Shown: in pieces, positions 1 through 12,139 of the stretch
Numbering within the stretch: the first letter of the stretch is position 1
Layout of the letters: every line of letters begins with the position of its first letter
From: Octopus vulgaris
Taxonomy: Eukaryota
Assembly (NCBI GenBank): GCA_951406725.2
Contig: OX597818.1
Coordinates: 133,982,001 to 134,046,000, forward strand
Reading direction: 5' to 3'
Length of the DNA: 64,000 bases
Translations under genes and position numbers: made by a program
Notes under the pieces: generated by a model
Told to the model about the DNA's origin: nothing
What the model saw: only the letters and a program-made list of their open reading frames with translations
Databases searched by the model: none

Positions 1-21
1 GCTATGTGTAAACAATGACAC

Positions 22-404
22 AAGCATGGTTGTGTGCTTAAAAAATTGGCTTCACAACCATGTGATTTTGGATTCAGTCCCTTCGTGTGGCACCTTAGGT
101 AAATGTTTTCTACTCAAACCTCATACTGACCGATGCCCTTGTGAAATAATTTAGTGGACAGTAACTGTGTAGAAGCCTAGTGTATGTATATATGTGTATA
201 TGCCTTTGTGTTTGCTTCTTGCTACTTGGCAGCCAGTCTTTGTTGGTTTATGTACTTTCAACTTTGCAGTTTGACAAAAGAGGTTAACAGAAATTGTGTC
301 AAACATAAAATAAATACCGGGATCAATTTTGACTAAACCCCTCAACACAGTGCCCCAGCATGGTTGCTGTCCAATGACTAAAACAGGTAAAAAAGATAAA
401 AGAA
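22..404 (+). mobile_element. SINE family C, old diverged copy
   Basis: Colinear similarity to 56178-56591 (tRNA-like head, central microsatellite, ...CCAGCATGG...GACTAAAACAGGTAAAA tail). Confidence 0.75.
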
Positions 405-685
405 AACAAACAGAGGTATTTAACGGAAGGGGAAAAGGTCACCATTTAAAATCCTTACCATTCTACATCATGTATGGAGCAGCATCTTAGATACATCCAA
501 ATAATAGGTGCCATTTGAAAGTATTATTCTTGTTGGTTTTTAAAAAAAAAGTAGAAAATGTATTAATCAATAACTCAAATAGAGTATTATAAAATGACAT
601 CAATTTACATCCACCAGAATTTGTTCAAATGATTTTTCTCTGTCTTTTCCAATTCTAACTGCCCCACTTCTCTTCCCTCCTACAG

Positions 686-907
686 GTACAAACAATGCAC
701 GATTGGCTGCCATGTTGCGTCAGCTGGCTGGCTATCATGCTAAAGATCCAAACAACTTATTTATGGTACGCCTAGCACAAGGTTTGACTCACTTAGGTAA
801 AGGGACTCTCACTCTTTGTCCATATCATAGTGACAGATCTTTGATGAGCCCAGTAGCTGTTGCAGGTTTGCTGTCTGTACTCATATCCTGTCTTGATGTT
901 AAAACCA
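686..907 (+). CDS. PSMD2: 26S proteasome non-ATPase regulatory subunit 2 (Rpn1), internal exon
   Basis: Polypyrimidine tract + TACAG acceptor (681-685); reads (G)[73 protein letters not shown], matching the PSMD2 C-terminal region; GTAAGT donor at 908. Confidence 0.97.
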
Positions 908-1484
908 GTAAGTAGATGAATTTACACTGTTATACTTTAATTACTATGTACAGAGAGAAAGAAGCTAATCTGAGAAGTGCTGTCAACTTGAATTTGATCT
1001 AACAACTGTGGTAAAACTGTGGAATTGTAACTGGCCAAGCTTATAAGACAGTAGCTAAATTTGTCCATTATGCTGGCTGCATTGAGTTAGATCTTCCTGC
1101 TAGTACAGCTTGGAGCATTTGTTACTTTTTCATGTTGCATACGCTATTGGTAAAATTGCTGCGTAGCAGAGAGGGGAAATTGTTGTAAATAGTGATGTTT
1201 GGAAATTTAAACTCTGATGTTATTCATTTCACATCCAGCTGAACTAGAATCAAACATCTAATTCCGTCACTTTCTGTTGTATTATCTCTAATCAATTAAG
1301 TCCATCAATGTGGGATTAGTTATACTGATATGAGAAAAGTGGGAGGTTTGAAGGATTTCAAATTTTTTTGTTAAGGTTATTAATTAAATGGCTACAACTA
1401 GAAACCAAGTAAATCTGAGCTGTAAACACAGCTAGCTAGAAATTCAGCTATACTCTGCCATGCAGACTTTTAAGATAGCTATTT

Positions 1485-1790
1485 CATCATCATTTAATGT
1501 CCATCTTCCATGCATGCATGGGTAGAACAGTTAACAGGAGCTGACCAGGTAGAAAAACTACCCTAGGCTATTGTCTGTTTTGACAGATATTTTACAGCTG
1601 GATGATCTTCCTAACACCAACCACTCCATAGAGTGGACTTTGTGCTTTTCACTTGGCATTAGTACAGGCGAAGTTGGTATCGGCATGGTTTTTACAGCTA
1701 GATACCCTTTGAAACGCCAGTGTAGACTGGATGCTTTTAGCATGGCACCAGCACTGGCAGAGTAACCAAGTAACTCGCAAGACAAGGAAT
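1485..1790 (-). mobile_element. retroposon family D (RTE-type 3' tail), diverged
   Basis: (CAT)n-TTTAATGTCC...GCTGGATGATCTTCCTAACACCAACCACTCC, similar to the copies at 2090 and 12140. Confidence 0.65.
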
Positions 1791-2089
1791 TATGAGAGGG
1801 GCAGGGCATTTAAGGAGAGGAACTTGTCAGAGGATCAAAGGTTTGAGTGTGACTAAGAGACAGAGACATAGAAGCAGGTGTCTTGCCACAACAGAGGGGG
1901 CATTAAAGAAGGTGATCCAGTATCGGATGATGAAAGGTTAGAGTGTAAATTATTTTCTATATTATATGCCTGTTTATTTATATTGGTCTTCAGTATAATT
2001 AGTTCTTATTGTAATTATTATAAGTATTTAAAGAATGAAAGTCATAGTATCTCATGCTAATAGCTTCTCTGTTTAATACTTGTGTTATG

Positions 2090-2390
2090 ATCATCATCAT
2101 CGTTTAACGTCCGTTTTCCGCGCCAGCACGGGTTGGACGGTCCGACCGGGGTCTGGGAAGCCAGGGGCTGCTCCAGGCTCCAGTCTGATCTGGCAGAGTT
2201 TCTACGGCTGGATGCCCTTCCTAACGCCAACCACTCCGCGAGTGTAGTGGGTGCTTTTTATGTGCCACCTGCACAGGTGCCAGGGGGAGGGGGGTCCGGC
2301 ATTGGCCTCGATCGGTTGGAGCTTATAACGTGCCAGCGGCACTGGCAACAGCCACGTTCGGATAGTGCTTTTTATGTGCCACCGGCACAG
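2090..2390 (-). mobile_element. retroposon family D (RTE-type 3' tail)
   Basis: CATCATCATCGTTTAACGTCCG...GGCTGGATGCCCTTCCTAACGCCAACCACTCC; degenerate copies also near 7620-7760 and 8483-8600. Confidence 0.75.
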
Positions 2391-2914
2391 AAGGTGTGAT
2401 AAATAGTGAAATGTAGGCAATGAAGAGAAAAGATTTTCAAGCAAGGAAACGTTATGTGTAAGACAGATCTGAAAGATTTAATAGAATGTAGAAGCCATTA
2501 GAAGCATCAGGCTTTTTATGAAGGGACAGTTTGACTGATGCCTTTAGATATACTAAGAAAATAATGTGGAAAGCAAAATGGAAATGCTATCTGGACCAGC
2601 ACTTGATGTTAGAACCATGTTAACAAAACCCTAGGTGAAAAGTATTTAGTGGTGTAGTTGTACATTACCTAATAACTCATTGAGAAATTGACAAGAGGGA
2701 AGCAACAGGTGTGTTAATCATGTACATTGACTCTTATACTAGCATGAGTCGAGAAGGGCAGAGAGCAGTAAACATGGTAGTAGTAGTTGTAGTGGTGGTG
2801 GTGGTGGTCATTGTCATCGTTGTCTCCGTGCTTTTTTTGCTTTTTTTTCATTCTTTCTTTCTAAATAGCAGTAAAACATTGTCTGATGTGTTTCAAATTT
2901 ATTTCTAATTTCAG

Positions 2915-3033
2915 TTATCCTTGGCAAGTCCCATTATGTATTGTACCATTTAGTATCTGCTTTACAACCCAGAATGCTTGTAACTTTTGATGAACAGTTG
3001 AAGCCAGTTGGTGTATCTGTCAGAGTAGGACAG
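2915..3033 (+). CDS. PSMD2: PSMD2 exon (not in ORF track)
   Basis: TTTCAG acceptor, phase 1 compatible with previous exon; [40 protein letters not shown]; GTAAGT donor at 3034. Confidence 0.96.
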
Positions 3034-4221
3034 GTAAGTTCTTATAGAAATATGAAGTTATTTTAATAAATTTTTCTTATGGATTTCCCTTGCCTCTACA
3101 AGGGAAACATAAGGGAGACATAGTGTGCAAAGACACAGTCCAGATGTATGTGTGTAAATGAGATATGACATAAACACTAAAAGATTAAACTTTGGATCAC
3201 ACATTTTCTTTAATATGGTATAATATTTTGCTTATTAGCTGGTATAAATTCTCATCACTTCTTTTTTATTTAGTTGACATTTATATAAAAAAAAAAACAT
3301 TTTGATTAGATATAAACTTTTTTTAACTCTTCCACTCTTACTTTTTCTTTTATCACTAAACCTACACAAGTTACAGGGCCTTATAGAATTATGTTACATC
3401 CTTTTACATTTCAAGTTCAAATATCTCAAAGGTGAATTTTGCCATTCATTTTCCCAAGGTTAATAAAATGAACACTAATTGAGCACTAGGATCAAATAAA
3501 TCTTTTCAAACTTTTGTGTCCTTGTCCCAGTGTTAAAAATTTTTATTAGCAAAATATCACAAGATATTGGGTTATGGAGTGTTTGGTATGTACCATATTC
3601 TTGTCAGTAACATTGGTCAGTCCCCCTCCACCTCCTTTTATCTATAGTTAAGCCTTGTGGAGCAAAAGCAGGTTTTTAATTTAAATGATGTTATCTTAGC
3701 TTTGCTACACAACTTAATGGTACTGGTGAGATTTGAAATTATATCAAATTCCTTAGTTTGAAAATTCCAAGTAGCAAAGGGAATTTGAATATGGTTTCTT
3801 GACCTGCTGGAAAGGAAGAACATGCTAGTTATAGCTTGAATGTCTTCGATCATAGTTTTGATTATTCAGGGTTGACATGATCAGTTTTATCATAATGAGA
3901 TTTTCATGTCAATAAGCACCAGTCAAGTACTTTGATCAATTTTAATTGCATACAGTTCCCAAAATTTGCCTTAATTAATTTCTGAATTACAATTAATGTT
4001 TTGTGTATTGTAGGTTCACAATGCAGTTGAGTCCATTCTAGTTTTTTTGTTTTTTTAGTGCTTTGCAGAGAAAATGGGTAATGCATTGCATAAAGAACAC
4101 AACTCTTGTTGCTTGGGTACCCATACAGAAACTTTAATTTTGAGCTTGTTAAGCATGGGTACAAACCCCCAGAAGTGGTTTTATTTCAGGGTTTTTGGTT
4201 GTGGGTTTTTTTTTCCTGTAA

Positions 4222-4491
<270 letters not shown>

Positions 4492-4673
4492 TGACAGGTA
4501 GCTGACCTTAGATGTGTATTCAGCTGATTGCCCCTTCTTTGAGTGTTTTCAGTTAAGTGTTTAAGAGCAAGCATGCAAGAAGAAAAAACAACCGTGCACT
4601 GACATTTTATGAAAGCTACATGTTCCATGTTCAAATTTCACCATGACCAACTTTACATTTCATGTATGTTTAA

Positions 4674-4848
4674 CCCTTTAGCATTCAGAAATCATGCATT
4701 ATTTCAAAGCTTTGAGAGTTCAATAATGTGATTGTATATTTTTAGAAAGACATTCTAGGGTAGGTGAAAGAGGTCAGTTCTTGTCAGTTTTAAACATAAA
4801 ACAAGTAGAATATTTGGGCCACATATGACCAGTTTAAATGCTAATGAG
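4674..4848. mobile_element. piggyBac-like MITE
   Basis: TTAA on both sides, termini CCCTTTAGCATT...AATGCTAATGAG; homologous to 5540-5745 and 11489-11708. Confidence 0.7.
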
Positions 4849-4989
4849 TTAATAAAATATTAATCACTTCGATCATATCTCTCCCTCCCTCTCTCTTTGA
4901 TTTAGTTTCCTGTGTCAATGTAAGAAAACCATTTGATAGACAAAATCAATTTGACATCAGACAAAATGCCTTGCAGATTTTAATTAAAT

Positions 4990-5121
4990 CTACCAACCAC
5001 ATGGTTCCGGGTTCAGTCCCACTGCGTGGCATCTTGGGCAAGTGTCTTTTACTATAGCCTCGGGCCGACCAAAGCCTTGTGAGTGGATTTGGTAGACGGA
5101 AACTGAAAGAAGCCTGTCGTA

Positions 5122-5154
<33 letters not shown>

Positions 5155-5369
5155 GCGTGTTTGTGTGTCTGTGTTTGTCCCTCTAGCATTGCTTGACAAC
5201 CGATGCTGGTGTGTTTATGTCTCCATTACTTAGCGGTTCGGCAAAAGAGACCGATAGAATAAGTACTGTGCTTACAAAGAATAAGTCCCGGGGTCGAGTT
5301 GCTCGATTAAAGGCGGTGCTCCAGCATGGCCGCAGTCAAATGACTGAAACAAGTAAGAGAGAGAGAGAT
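4990..5369 (+). mobile_element. SINE family C, 5'-truncated, inside the U12 intron
   Basis: Near-identical to 56178-56591. Confidence 0.9.
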
Positions 5370-5539
5370 AGTCTTATGTTTAAATCTGGCTTGGGTAACC
5401 TTTCTCAAGAAAAAAGCTGCATTTGACATGGGTCATCTTCAATAGCAGACTGCACTACTAAAAAAATTCATGGTCATTTTTCATTAGGTATACCATTCAG
5501 AAAGTCCCGTTGGCCATAGGTTACCCATGACTGGTTTAA

Positions 5540-5745
5540 CTTTTTAGTACTCAGATTACCCAATCAAATGTAATGCTTATTCATTCACATTGTTTGAATC
5601 AATCAGTTATTATCCTGTAACTTAAAGATTTCAATGATGTGGTTGTTTAGTTTTAGAAGGACATTGTAGGGTATATGTAAGAGGCCAGATCCAGTTAGTT
5701 TGAACATAAAACAGATAGAATACCTGAGCAGTAAACGCTAAGGGG
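5540..5745. mobile_element. piggyBac-like MITE
   Basis: TTAA flanks, ends ...CGCTAAGGGG; same family as 4674 and 11489. Confidence 0.65.
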
Positions 5746-5884
5746 TTAAATCCTGCTGAGGCCAACTCTAGCAGTCAAATATCAGGATTACTTGAATCAA
5801 TTTTAACTCCTTCCCTCACCCAAATTATAGTCATTCTGCCTGTGTTAGAAATCATAATTGTTACTATTTCTTTATTCATTATGT

Positions 5885-6268
5885 GTGGAGGCGCAATGGC
5901 CCAGTGGTTAGGGCAGCGGACTCGTGGTCGTAGGATCGCGGTTTCGATTCCCAGACCGGGCGTTGTGAGTGTTTATTGAGCGAAAACACCTAAAGCTCCA
6001 CGAGGCTCCGGCAGGGGATGGTGGTGATCCCTGCTGTACTCTTTCACCACAACTTTCTCTCACTCTTTCTTCCTGTTTCTGTTGTACCTGTATTTCAAAG
6101 GGCCGGCCTTGTCACTCTCTGTGTCACGCTGAATATCCCCGAGAACTACGTTGAGGGTACACGTGTCTGTGGAGTGCTCAGCCACTTACACGTTAATTTC
6201 ACGAGCAGGCTGTTCCGTTGGTCGGATCAACCGGAACCCTCATCGTCGTAACCGACAGAGTGCTTCCA
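5885..6268 (+). mobile_element. SINE family A1 (tRNA-derived), inside the U12 intron
   Basis: A box TGGCCCAGTGG, B box GGTTTCGATTCC, ~385 bp, ends GAGTGCTTCCA; one of 10 near-identical copies. Confidence 0.95.
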
Positions 6269-6501
6269 TATCCATTTATTATGTTCAAATTTCACCATTT
6301 ATTTCTCTTCAACATGTTCTTTCCACTTGGGTCAGTGGACAATTCTTTACCCAACTCTCAAAAATCCATATACATCTCATAGAACAGGTGTATCTCTTGC
6401 ACACTATATCTCTTCTCATTCCACATCATCATTGTATAATTTGCCTTTAATCGTTTTGTTGTTGATGTTGTATATTATTATGCCTTAACCACAATCTATA
6501 G

Positions 6502-6569
6502 ATTTCCCTCTCACACCAGTCATGGAAGGTGTTGTCATCTTAAGAAAGAATCCAAATTTTGAAGCCTAG
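6502..6569 (+). CDS. PSMD2: PSMD2 terminal coding exon (not in ORF track)
   Basis: (Y)FPLTPVMEGVVILRKNPNFEA-stop matches the PSMD2 C-terminus (xPxTPxxEGxVILRKNPN); TAG at 6567-6569. Confidence 0.95.
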
Positions 6570-6789
6570 CGCATGTTTTATTTTTTTTTCCTCCCCATTG
6601 TTAATCTTTACATCTTTTAACATCTTCATGGCTGTTTTTGCAACTCATTGAGAGAAGACATTACCGCAAAATCTCATTGCACTGCAGATGTAGCTGACTG
6701 CAGTCCTTATATTCAGTGTTAACGGCATTTTGGGTGGTGAAATAACAAGACAGTGTTACTAATTATGTAACTCAGAAACAAATTAATTA

Positions 6790-6795
6790 ATTAAA
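6790..6795 (+). promoter_or_regulatory. possible PSMD2 polyadenylation signal ATTAAA
   Basis: ATTAAA ~220 nt after the stop, followed by U-rich sequence; AT-rich context makes chance occurrence likely. Confidence 0.3.
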
Positions 6796-6946
6796 GACAA
6801 TTTTTCATTACACTCTGGCTTTTTATTTTTATTTCATTGTTTGACTTTTACCTTGAAATTATTTCATGTTAAAATTTGTTTAATCTATGACGTGTAAATT
6901 ATTTTAGCATACATACGCAGACACGTGTGTGTATGTGTGTGTGTGT

Positions 6947-7192
6947 GGAGGTGCATGGCTTAATGGTTAGGGTGTTGAACTCATGATCGTATGGTTGTGG
7001 TTTCGATTCCTGGACTGAGCAACGCGTTGTGTTCTTGAGCAAAACACTTCTTTTCAGGTTGTTCCAGTTCACCCAGCTGGCAAAAATGAGTAATCCTGCG
7101 ACGGACCGGCATCCTGTCCAGGTGGGGAATTTCTACGCCACTGAAACCGGGAAACTGGCCCTTATGAGCCTGGCATGGCTTGAGAAGGAACA
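6947..7192 (+). mobile_element. tRNA-headed SINE with V-SINE-like central motif
   Basis: A/B boxes then TAATCCTGCGACGGACCGGCATCCTGTCCAGG; 3' part shared with 33798-34101; head shared with 27976-28311 and 63210-63385. Confidence 0.8.
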
Positions 7193-7195
7193 TAT

Positions 7196-7390
7196 ACTCT
7201 CTTTTACTTGTTTCAGTCATTTTGACTGCGGCCATGCTGGAGCACCGCCTTTAGTCGAGCAAATCGACCCTGGGACTTATTCTTTGTAAGCCCAGTACTT
7301 ATTCTATCAGTCTCTTTTGCAGTTACGGGGACGTAAACACACCAGCATCGGTTGTCAAGCAATGCTAGGGGGACAAACACAGACACACAA

Positions 7391-7435
<45 letters not shown>

Positions 7436-7602
7436 TACGGCAGGCTTCTTTCAGTTTCCGTCTACCAAATCCATTCACAAGGCATTGGTCGGCCCGGGGC
7501 TATAGCAGAAGACACTTGCCCAAGATGCCATGCAGTGGGACTGAACCCGGAACCATGTGATTGGTTAGCAAGCTACTTACCACACAGCCACTCCTGCGCC
7601 TA
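7196..7602 (-). mobile_element. SINE family C
   Basis: Reverse complement of the 56178-56591 type, internal (CA)n(TA)n. Confidence 0.92.
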
Positions 7603-7915
7603 TATATGTGTGTATATTATTATTCCCATTGTCATTATTTTAATGTCCACCTTTCCATGCTTATATGGGTGAGACTGAGTTTGCTGAGAGGGATTTTCTA
7701 TAGCTAGACATTCAGCCTTTCGCCAACAATCACCTGTTTCCTAGCAGGTTGATATTTCCACATGGCTGGTCATGTTCTCATGAAAGATTGGAAAAGATCT
7801 CTGCTGTTTGTTTGATGGTGAAGCTCATTTACAACTATTGCTTGACTTAAAGACAAGGAAACTCAAACACACGTAGAAACACATACTAAAGCAAGCACAT
7901 GCACACACATTACAA

Positions 7916-7947
<32 letters not shown>

Positions 7948-8039
7948 TAGCGAGTATAACTCCAAACTTACTGGGAAAAATTCAGTTTAGTATTGAATCA
8001 AATTTCACAATATAAATATATACTATATATGAATTTATA

Positions 8040-8308
8040 TATCACGTGATCACGTGACCGACCAGACCATCAGATGTTGTTACACATCGCTGGTCACAAT
8101 GCGTTCACATTGTTTTAGCCTTCAGATGACGCCACCCCGCTGGCTAAGCAAGCAGACCAACAGAAGAAAGAGTACAGCAGGGATCACCACCCCCTGCCGG
8201 AGCCTCGTGGAGCTTTTAGGTGTTTTCGCTCAATAAACACTCACAACGCCCGGTCTGGGAATCGAAACCATGAGGTCACTGCCCAAACCACTAGGCCATT
8301 GCGCCTCC
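8040..8308 (-). mobile_element. SINE variant A2: family A head plus RTE-derived tail
   Basis: 8170-8308 is the A head; 8040-8105 resembles the 3' end of the RTE fragment at 41928-41995. Confidence 0.8.
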
Positions 8309-8340
<32 letters not shown>

Positions 8341-8412
8341 TATAAATCATAAACCAAATGATTTGGTTTATATCTATCATTGTTTGAATTACATAATAGT
8401 GGTTTTTCTCTA

Positions 8413-8473
<61 letters not shown>

Positions 8474-8842
8474 CATATAAACCATCATCATTTAACATCC
8501 ACTTTTTCTTGTTTGCATGTGTCAAACAGAAATTGTTACAGCAAATTTTCTCCGGCTTGGTGCCCTTCCTGTTGTCAGCCTTCACCTGTTTCCAAGCAAG
8601 GCAGTGTTTTTCCTTGGAAAACTAGAAATACCACTTCTATTATGATGATGCACATTTACATCATTCACATGATGTCAAAACAACAGTACACTAAAACACA
8701 CATATATAATCAATGGGCTTCTTTCAGTTTCCACCTACCAGATCTACTCAAGGCTTTAGTTTATCTCAGGTTAGACACTTGGCCATATCTTCCAATGGGA
8801 CTGTCTGTAAAATCATGAGGTTGGAAAATAAACTAGTTAACC

Positions 8843-9064
8843 TATTTCTTTACTACCCACAAGGGGCTAAACACAGAGGAAACAAACAAGGACAGACAGA
8901 CGGATTAAGTCGGTTATATCGACCCCCAGTGCGTAACTGGTACTTATTTAATCGACCCCGAAAGGATGAAAGGCAAAGTCGACCTCGGCGGAATTTGAAC
9001 TCAGAACGTAACAGCAGACGAAATACGGCTACACATTTCGCCCAGCATGCTAACGTTTCTGCCA
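8843..9064 (-). mobile_element. SINE family B
   Basis: Reverse complement of 45793-46027. Confidence 0.9.
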
Positions 9065-9672
9065 AGAGACAGACGGGCAGTATAGTATGTGCACATGCAT
9101 ACACTAAGGTATGTATATACATATACACAAGCACACTCTATAGTAGCTGATACTATTTCTTGCTACATGTAACACTTTGTGCTTCACAGGCAGAACTCTG
9201 CTCCTGTCCTTTCTAAATATCCCTGACATCTAGCTTCTCTCCTTGTTAGCAAATAATGTTCCTTGCTCCCCAACCTTTTATTTATTTATTTATTTTTTTG
9301 CAGGCTTGTCTATTAGCTTTTCTGACCCTTTGTCATACAATTTCATCACCATGTCACTTTATGCCAAGCTGGAACCTTGCACTATCTGCAGATCTGTTCT
9401 GTGGTTTGCAGCTAGTTGCCTATTAGAGACTCCTCATTATCTCCCATGTTATAAGTCTTTATAAGTGTCCCCACCATCTTCTACTCTCCTTTAGGTCCTC
9501 TTTATTTTTCTTCACTTCTTGTACTATATTCATAGCCTCTTAACTATATTGGAATAGCCATCATAGTCTTGTCCATTAATGTCACCAGCTGTGATAAGAT
9601 GGCTATCGTGTTATTAATTCTGCAAGGAGGGCATCATAAAACTACCCTTTTACACAACTTTCTCTTGTAATA

Positions 9673-9843
9673 TAGGTTTCAAATTTTGGCACAAGGCCAT
9701 CAGGTCTGGGGGAGGGACTAAATCGATTAAATCAACCCCAGAGTTCAAATGGCACTTATTTTATCAACACAGAACGTGAAGACGGACGAAAAGCCGCTAA
9801 GTAATTTACCCAGTGTGCTAACGATTTAGCCAGCTCGCTACCT
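9673..9843 (-). mobile_element. SINE family B variant (alternative tail, internally deleted)
   Basis: B head plus tail ...GCCTTGTGCCAAAATTTGAAACC, also seen at 14940 and 53446. Confidence 0.7.
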
Positions 9844-10104
9844 TCTCCATTGTTGTAATATTGCCGTTGACAATTTCCATTACTGCATCGATCCATTTCT
9901 CTTGAACAATATACCTACTTCGCTAGCGCCGGTACACAGAAATATTTAATAGAAAAAGTTTCGCTAGTGCATTATCTCCCTTGAATCACGATCGCGTCTT
10001 CAAGTCATCGTCTGAAGGTTCACGGTTATGATTTTGATGTTTGCTAGGAAATTAGCAAATACAGCTATGGTTGATACATATCTGTGTGTACACTTATAGA
10101 TAAG

Positions 10105-10525
10105 GGCGATCTTTCGTCTCTAGTAGACCTTTCCGTCGATTTCCGTAAAACTTTTTTTTTTTTTTACATATGGGCTTGCGGGAACTTTTGAAGTAATATA
10201 CATACATATACACATACACCGAGTAAAAAATTTCAGTTATCTCTTTCTTTCACACATTACTCTGTCTCTTCACACACACTAACAGAAGCACTTCACTTAC
10301 ACAACATACTGTCTGTCTCCCACACTCCATCAAACACACACACATACATGTCCATCAATGCTCCCATGCACGGTAACTTCAAAAGAACTTCTCTCGTCAT
10401 ACAATCGCTTTCTCTTAGTCTCTTTCGCTCTCATTACTTCAAAAGTTCCCGCAAGCCCATATGTAAAAAAAAAAAAATTTTTTACGGAAATCGACGGAAA
10501 GGTCTACTAGAGACGAAAGATCGCC
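10105..10525. mobile_element. MITE with ~90-bp TIRs and 8-bp TSD (Merlin-like GG...CC termini)
   Basis: TIR GGCGATCTTTCGTCTCTAGTAGACC...; TSD TAGATAAG at 10097-10104 and 10526-10533. Confidence 0.9.
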
Positions 10526-10571
10526 TAGATAAGTATCAAACATACTGTGCATTCTAATTTCCCTGCAAATC

Positions 10572-10712
10572 ACGTGGCTGCCCAACCACATGGTTCGGGA
10601 TTCAGTCCCACAGTGTGGTACCTTGGGCACGTGTCTTCTACTTTAGCCTCGGGCTAACCAAAGCCTTGTGAGTGAATTTGGTAGACAGAAGTGTATGTGT
10701 CTGTGTTTCTCC
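10572..10712 (+). mobile_element. SINE family C fragment
   Basis: CCAACCACATGGTTCGGGATTCAGTCCCAC...CTTGGGCACGTGTCTT. Confidence 0.7.
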
Positions 10713-10837
10713 CCAACCACGACTTGAACTCAGAACTATGTGGTTGGGAAGCAAGCTTCTTACCACACAACCACGCCTGAACCAATATTTTTATGTTTAT
10801 TATTTTGTAATAGAAAATGTTAAGAAAAGTGTCTCCA

Positions 10838-11095
10838 CTACGCCATGTGCCCAGGGGCATATGGCGTAGTGGTTAAGAGCGCGGGCTACTAACCCCCAAG
10901 ATTCCGAGTTCGATTCCAAGCAGTGATCTGAACACTAATAATAATAATAATAACATCGAAAAATACCTTAAGAATGAGAACCCAGGTTCGAAATTTCCGC
11001 AAGACACCTGAAGAAGGCTGGAGGGTATATCAGCCGAAACGTTGTGTTCACAACAAACAAGATGAGGACAAATATCAGTCGAATGTAAATAATGT
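10838..11095 (+). mobile_element. tRNA-headed SINE carrying a hammerhead ribozyme motif
   Basis: A box 10862-10872, B box 10906-10917, (TAA)n, hammerhead 11003-11048, TGTAAA tail; TSD AAAGTGTCTCCA at 10826-10837 and 11096-11107. Confidence 0.85.
11003..11048 (+). ncRNA. minimal type I hammerhead ribozyme candidate
   Basis: GACAC-CTGAAGA-A-GGCTG(10-nt loop)CAGCC-GAAAC-GTT-GTGTT; stems I and II pair; palindromic AACGTT in place of stem III. Confidence 0.75.
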
Positions 11096-11107
11096 AAAGT
11101 GTCTCCA

Positions 11108-11230
11108 TATCTCCGACACCTACCTTGGAAAGTGGAAATTATAATGAAAGTCATGTTAGTTTTTGTACCGATGGAGCTTCCTCTATGGTAGGCTGTCCGA
11201 AAGGGCATACCATTCTTTATTACAACTTTA
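11108..11230 (+). pseudogene. hAT (Charlie/SPIN-like) transposase fragment
   Basis: Encodes VSFCTDGASSMVGCPKG, matching the hAT TDGAxxMxG catalytic motif; disrupted. Confidence 0.65.
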
Positions 11231-11488
11231 TACATAAATGGTTTGATGGCAATAACTTCGGGAATTTTAGGTTAATTTTATTTAAAGTAGACCAGAGATA
11301 CTTTCGTTTGAGAACGCATCTATTGACATGGGTTCGCAACATGGATGTGTTGCGAATGAATTCAGTTGTTTGGGTTTCGAGCCAATCTAATGGCTGGAAA
11401 TAATGCACTGATCTTGCTGGAAAACTGCAACAATTGACCAGAAGTGGGAATGGGGCTGCATGCTAGCCTTTGACAAATGCCTCATTAA

Positions 11489-11708
11489 CCATTTAGCATT
11501 CAGATTAATTTGTCAAAGGTAATCCTTATTTATTCACATTAAAAAAAGTTTATCTGATATTATTGTGTAGCTTCAAGATAGGAAAGATATAATTGCTTAT
11601 TTTTAGAATGACAATGTAGGTTTGGTTTGAGATGCTGGCTCTGGCCAGTTTGAGCATAAAATGTGTAAAATATTTGGGCCAGATACAGCCGGTTTAAGCA
11701 CTAAAGGG
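11489..11708. mobile_element. piggyBac-like MITE
   Basis: TTAA|CCATTTAGCATT...GCACTAAAGGG|TTAA. Confidence 0.75.
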
Positions 11709-12139
11709 TTAATCCAAGTCCTAATAAACATCCTCCCAGGGTACTGTGAGTTCAAACACGATTATTGTTTTCGTGCTTCTGGATAGAAAGAACATGTCTA
11801 GTTCGAGCGATGTTACTGCCACCTGTTCTGGAAAGATTAGTGTCTATTCCTGAAATCCACTTACATCTCGTAGTCAGAAGCTTGTTGCAAAGTAAAATAT
11901 GGGTCTTCCACAGCTGCTTTTACTTTGGGAACCTTTTTGGGATCTGATACCTTCGGATTGTGATGTCTGCTGTTTGTTGGCCTTAACTCTCTGCAGTTCA
12001 GTCCACTTGGCATTTTCTGTAAAGATCTTGTCATACCTCGACTTGTATAGACCTTCCTGTTACCTACGACTTGTTACAGATATCTCTGCATCATATGATA
12101 CAGGGATATATGTAACCTCATTTGCGACTATCAGCCACG

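Noticed and set aside
5969-6251. Recurrent 61-77 aa ORFs (MFIERKHL..., MVVIPAVL...) resembling a multigene family
   Set aside because: Chance frames inside SINE A1 copies; recurrence reflects SINE copy number
10854-10925. tRNA gene (likewise the heads of SINE A, B and C)
   Set aside because: A/B boxes are present but no acceptor stem closes, and the sequence continues into a TSD-flanked SINE body
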